A DNA stretch of 61,783 nucleotides, counting the filler, from Sphacelaria rigidula (Eukaryota): assembly GCA_964200075.2 (NCBI GenBank). It is 4 parts of 4 records of this genome, joined end to end, with 100 filler letters (N's around TTAATTAATTAA, not from the genome) between each part and the next. Parts side by side here need not be neighbours in the genome. Positions count along the whole stretch, not along the records: positions 46,417 to 61,783 come from CAXNAA020001779.1; 3 more parts are not named here. One strand, 5' to 3'. The notes under the pieces are model-generated. The model did not search any database and had not been told where the DNA came from. It saw nothing but the letters and a program-made list of their open reading frames with translations. Below are positions 60,290-61,783 of this stretch, in pieces. Made by a program: the position numbers and the translations under genes. Every line of letters begins with the position of its first letter. Position 1 is the first letter of the stretch.

Positions 60290-61783
60290 AAGATGTACTC
60301 TACACTAAAGTATCACTGAGGGTGCTTACTCCAAATTGAGTAGAGTATTGAGGTCATACTCAAGTGATACTCAAGTAATACTGAGGGTGCTTACTCAAAA
60401 TTTGAGCAGAGTATTGAGGTCATACTCAAGTGACACTCTATACTCAAGTATTACTGCGAGTGCTCACTCAATATTTGAGTAGAGTAGTTGGGGCCATACA
60501 CAACCAACTCAATTCTTCGAGTACAGTATTTGAGGCCGTACTCGACCTACTCGAAAGTTGAGTAGAGTATTGAGGTCATACTTAAGTGATACTCTATACT
60601 CTGAGAGTGCTTACTCAATATTTGAGAACAGTATTTGAGATCGTACTCGGTCTACTCCAAATTAAAAAAAAATTGAGTACGAGCTGGGCCGGCCATCAGT
60701 GATTTTTAAATGAAGAGTGGGGATAGGCGCTGAAATGTTGACACGACGTTTTTATCAATCTGCGCAACCCTATGAGGGGTGCAGAGAGGGGAAAAAAAAA
60801 CGGAAGTGAGAGCGAGTTGAAGTTTCAGCAAAAACAGTAAAAATGATGTAACTTCCTCAAAACTTGATACAAACGATGACAACGCGGCGGCACATACGGG
60901 CACTCGCGTCAACCACATCCTTGTCAATTATCAGCCAAAAATACGTAAAATTGGGCTTCGGGTGGCACTTTTTTTGTGACCCCGGTGGTCAAACTGATAC
61001 AACAGCCTCAAATGACACAAGTCACGAGTTCGAATCCCCACATGACAAAAACATTTTTGTGTGCACACTAATTGTGCATACTCTCTCGTACCTCTGGGTT
61101 GCAAAGGGTCTCGATGTTTTGATGATGGTCTTGCTTTTTTTTTTTGGGGGGGGGGGTATAGCGCAGCTTCGAGTAGTACTTCTCCCTCGTGCGGCGATAT
61201 AAGACAGTTGGCTCGGAGGTTCTCTCCCATTATGGAGCTTATGACGAGCTTGATGCCATCTTGCAGCACGCCCAATGTGCTGTTGCCTGGGCATGTCAGG
61301 TGTGCGTGTGCCTATGCGGCGCAAAGGTCTATCGTAATTCCACCACATTTTGTGAAACGAAACGTCTCCAGACACGCTATCGCACAAAGAATTGGGACAT
61401 ATTCGGTACTCAATGCAGTACAATGACATCATCGCCAAAAGTGCACCAATCGAGCAGCGGCGGTGCCTCGTGTTAACAGGTTAGTCTGCAGTTCATAGCG
61501 ATATGCTCAGGTCGTGCTGATTTGGGAAACTTGAAGAGTTGTGGTGATGACAGAGAATACTGGGTTTACTCCCGGCCCAGCTCGTAGAGTATTGGAGGCC
61601 GTACTCGACCTACTCAAAATTTGAGTAAAGCATTGAGTTCATACTCAAGCGATACTCTATACTCGAGTGTTACTGAGCCTGCTTACTCAATATTTGAGTA
61701 GAGTATTTGAGGCCGTACTCGACCTACTCAGACATCGAGTAAAGCAAATACTTGAGTATTTTACTCGAGTACTCAAAAGTACA
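60290..61783. repeat. Second GAGTAGAGTA/TACTC repeat element, interrupted by a 905-bp insertion and running off the window end
   Basis: Same units at 60290-60679 and 61585-61783; the last 35 bp match 60001-60035. Confidence 0.8.
60680..61584. mobile_element. 905-bp non-autonomous Tc1/mariner-like element, 13-bp TIR CGAGCTGGGCCGG, TA TSD
   Basis: gagta|cgagctgggccgg ... ccggcccagctcg|tagag. Removing it restores the host unit ttgagtagagtatt. Confidence 0.85.

Overview
Intron-rich, repeat-rich eukaryotic nuclear DNA, most consistent with a brown alga (Phaeophyceae). That assignment is an inference from gene style, from D..R..GC..GC..DG..RWSC repeat proteins and from LINE/MITE types. The window is not one locus. 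It is four unrelated contigs of almost equal length (15373, 15372, 15371 and 15367 bp) joined by artificial 100-bp linkers (44 N + TTAATTAATTAA + 44 N). Contig 1 holds exon fragments of unknown genes (one with a PGPATY sperm-tail-type motif), a tRNA-derived SINE and several MITE/minisatellite elements. Contig 2 holds a 7-exon stretch of a modular F5/8-type-C (discoidin/CBM32)-like repeat protein that the ORF track does not show as a gene, with TE-packed introns. Contig 3 holds the 5' end of PUS7 (TruD family) with an RGG tail and a complete 5-exon conventional squalene epoxidase. Contig 4 holds most of a HEATR6-like gene, LINE relics and nested non-autonomous DNA transposons. There is no CRISPR array or prokaryotic system. 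The best novelty candidates are the exon-module repeat gene and several transposon families whose termini and target-site duplications can be read directly. All family names come from motif recognition, not database searches.
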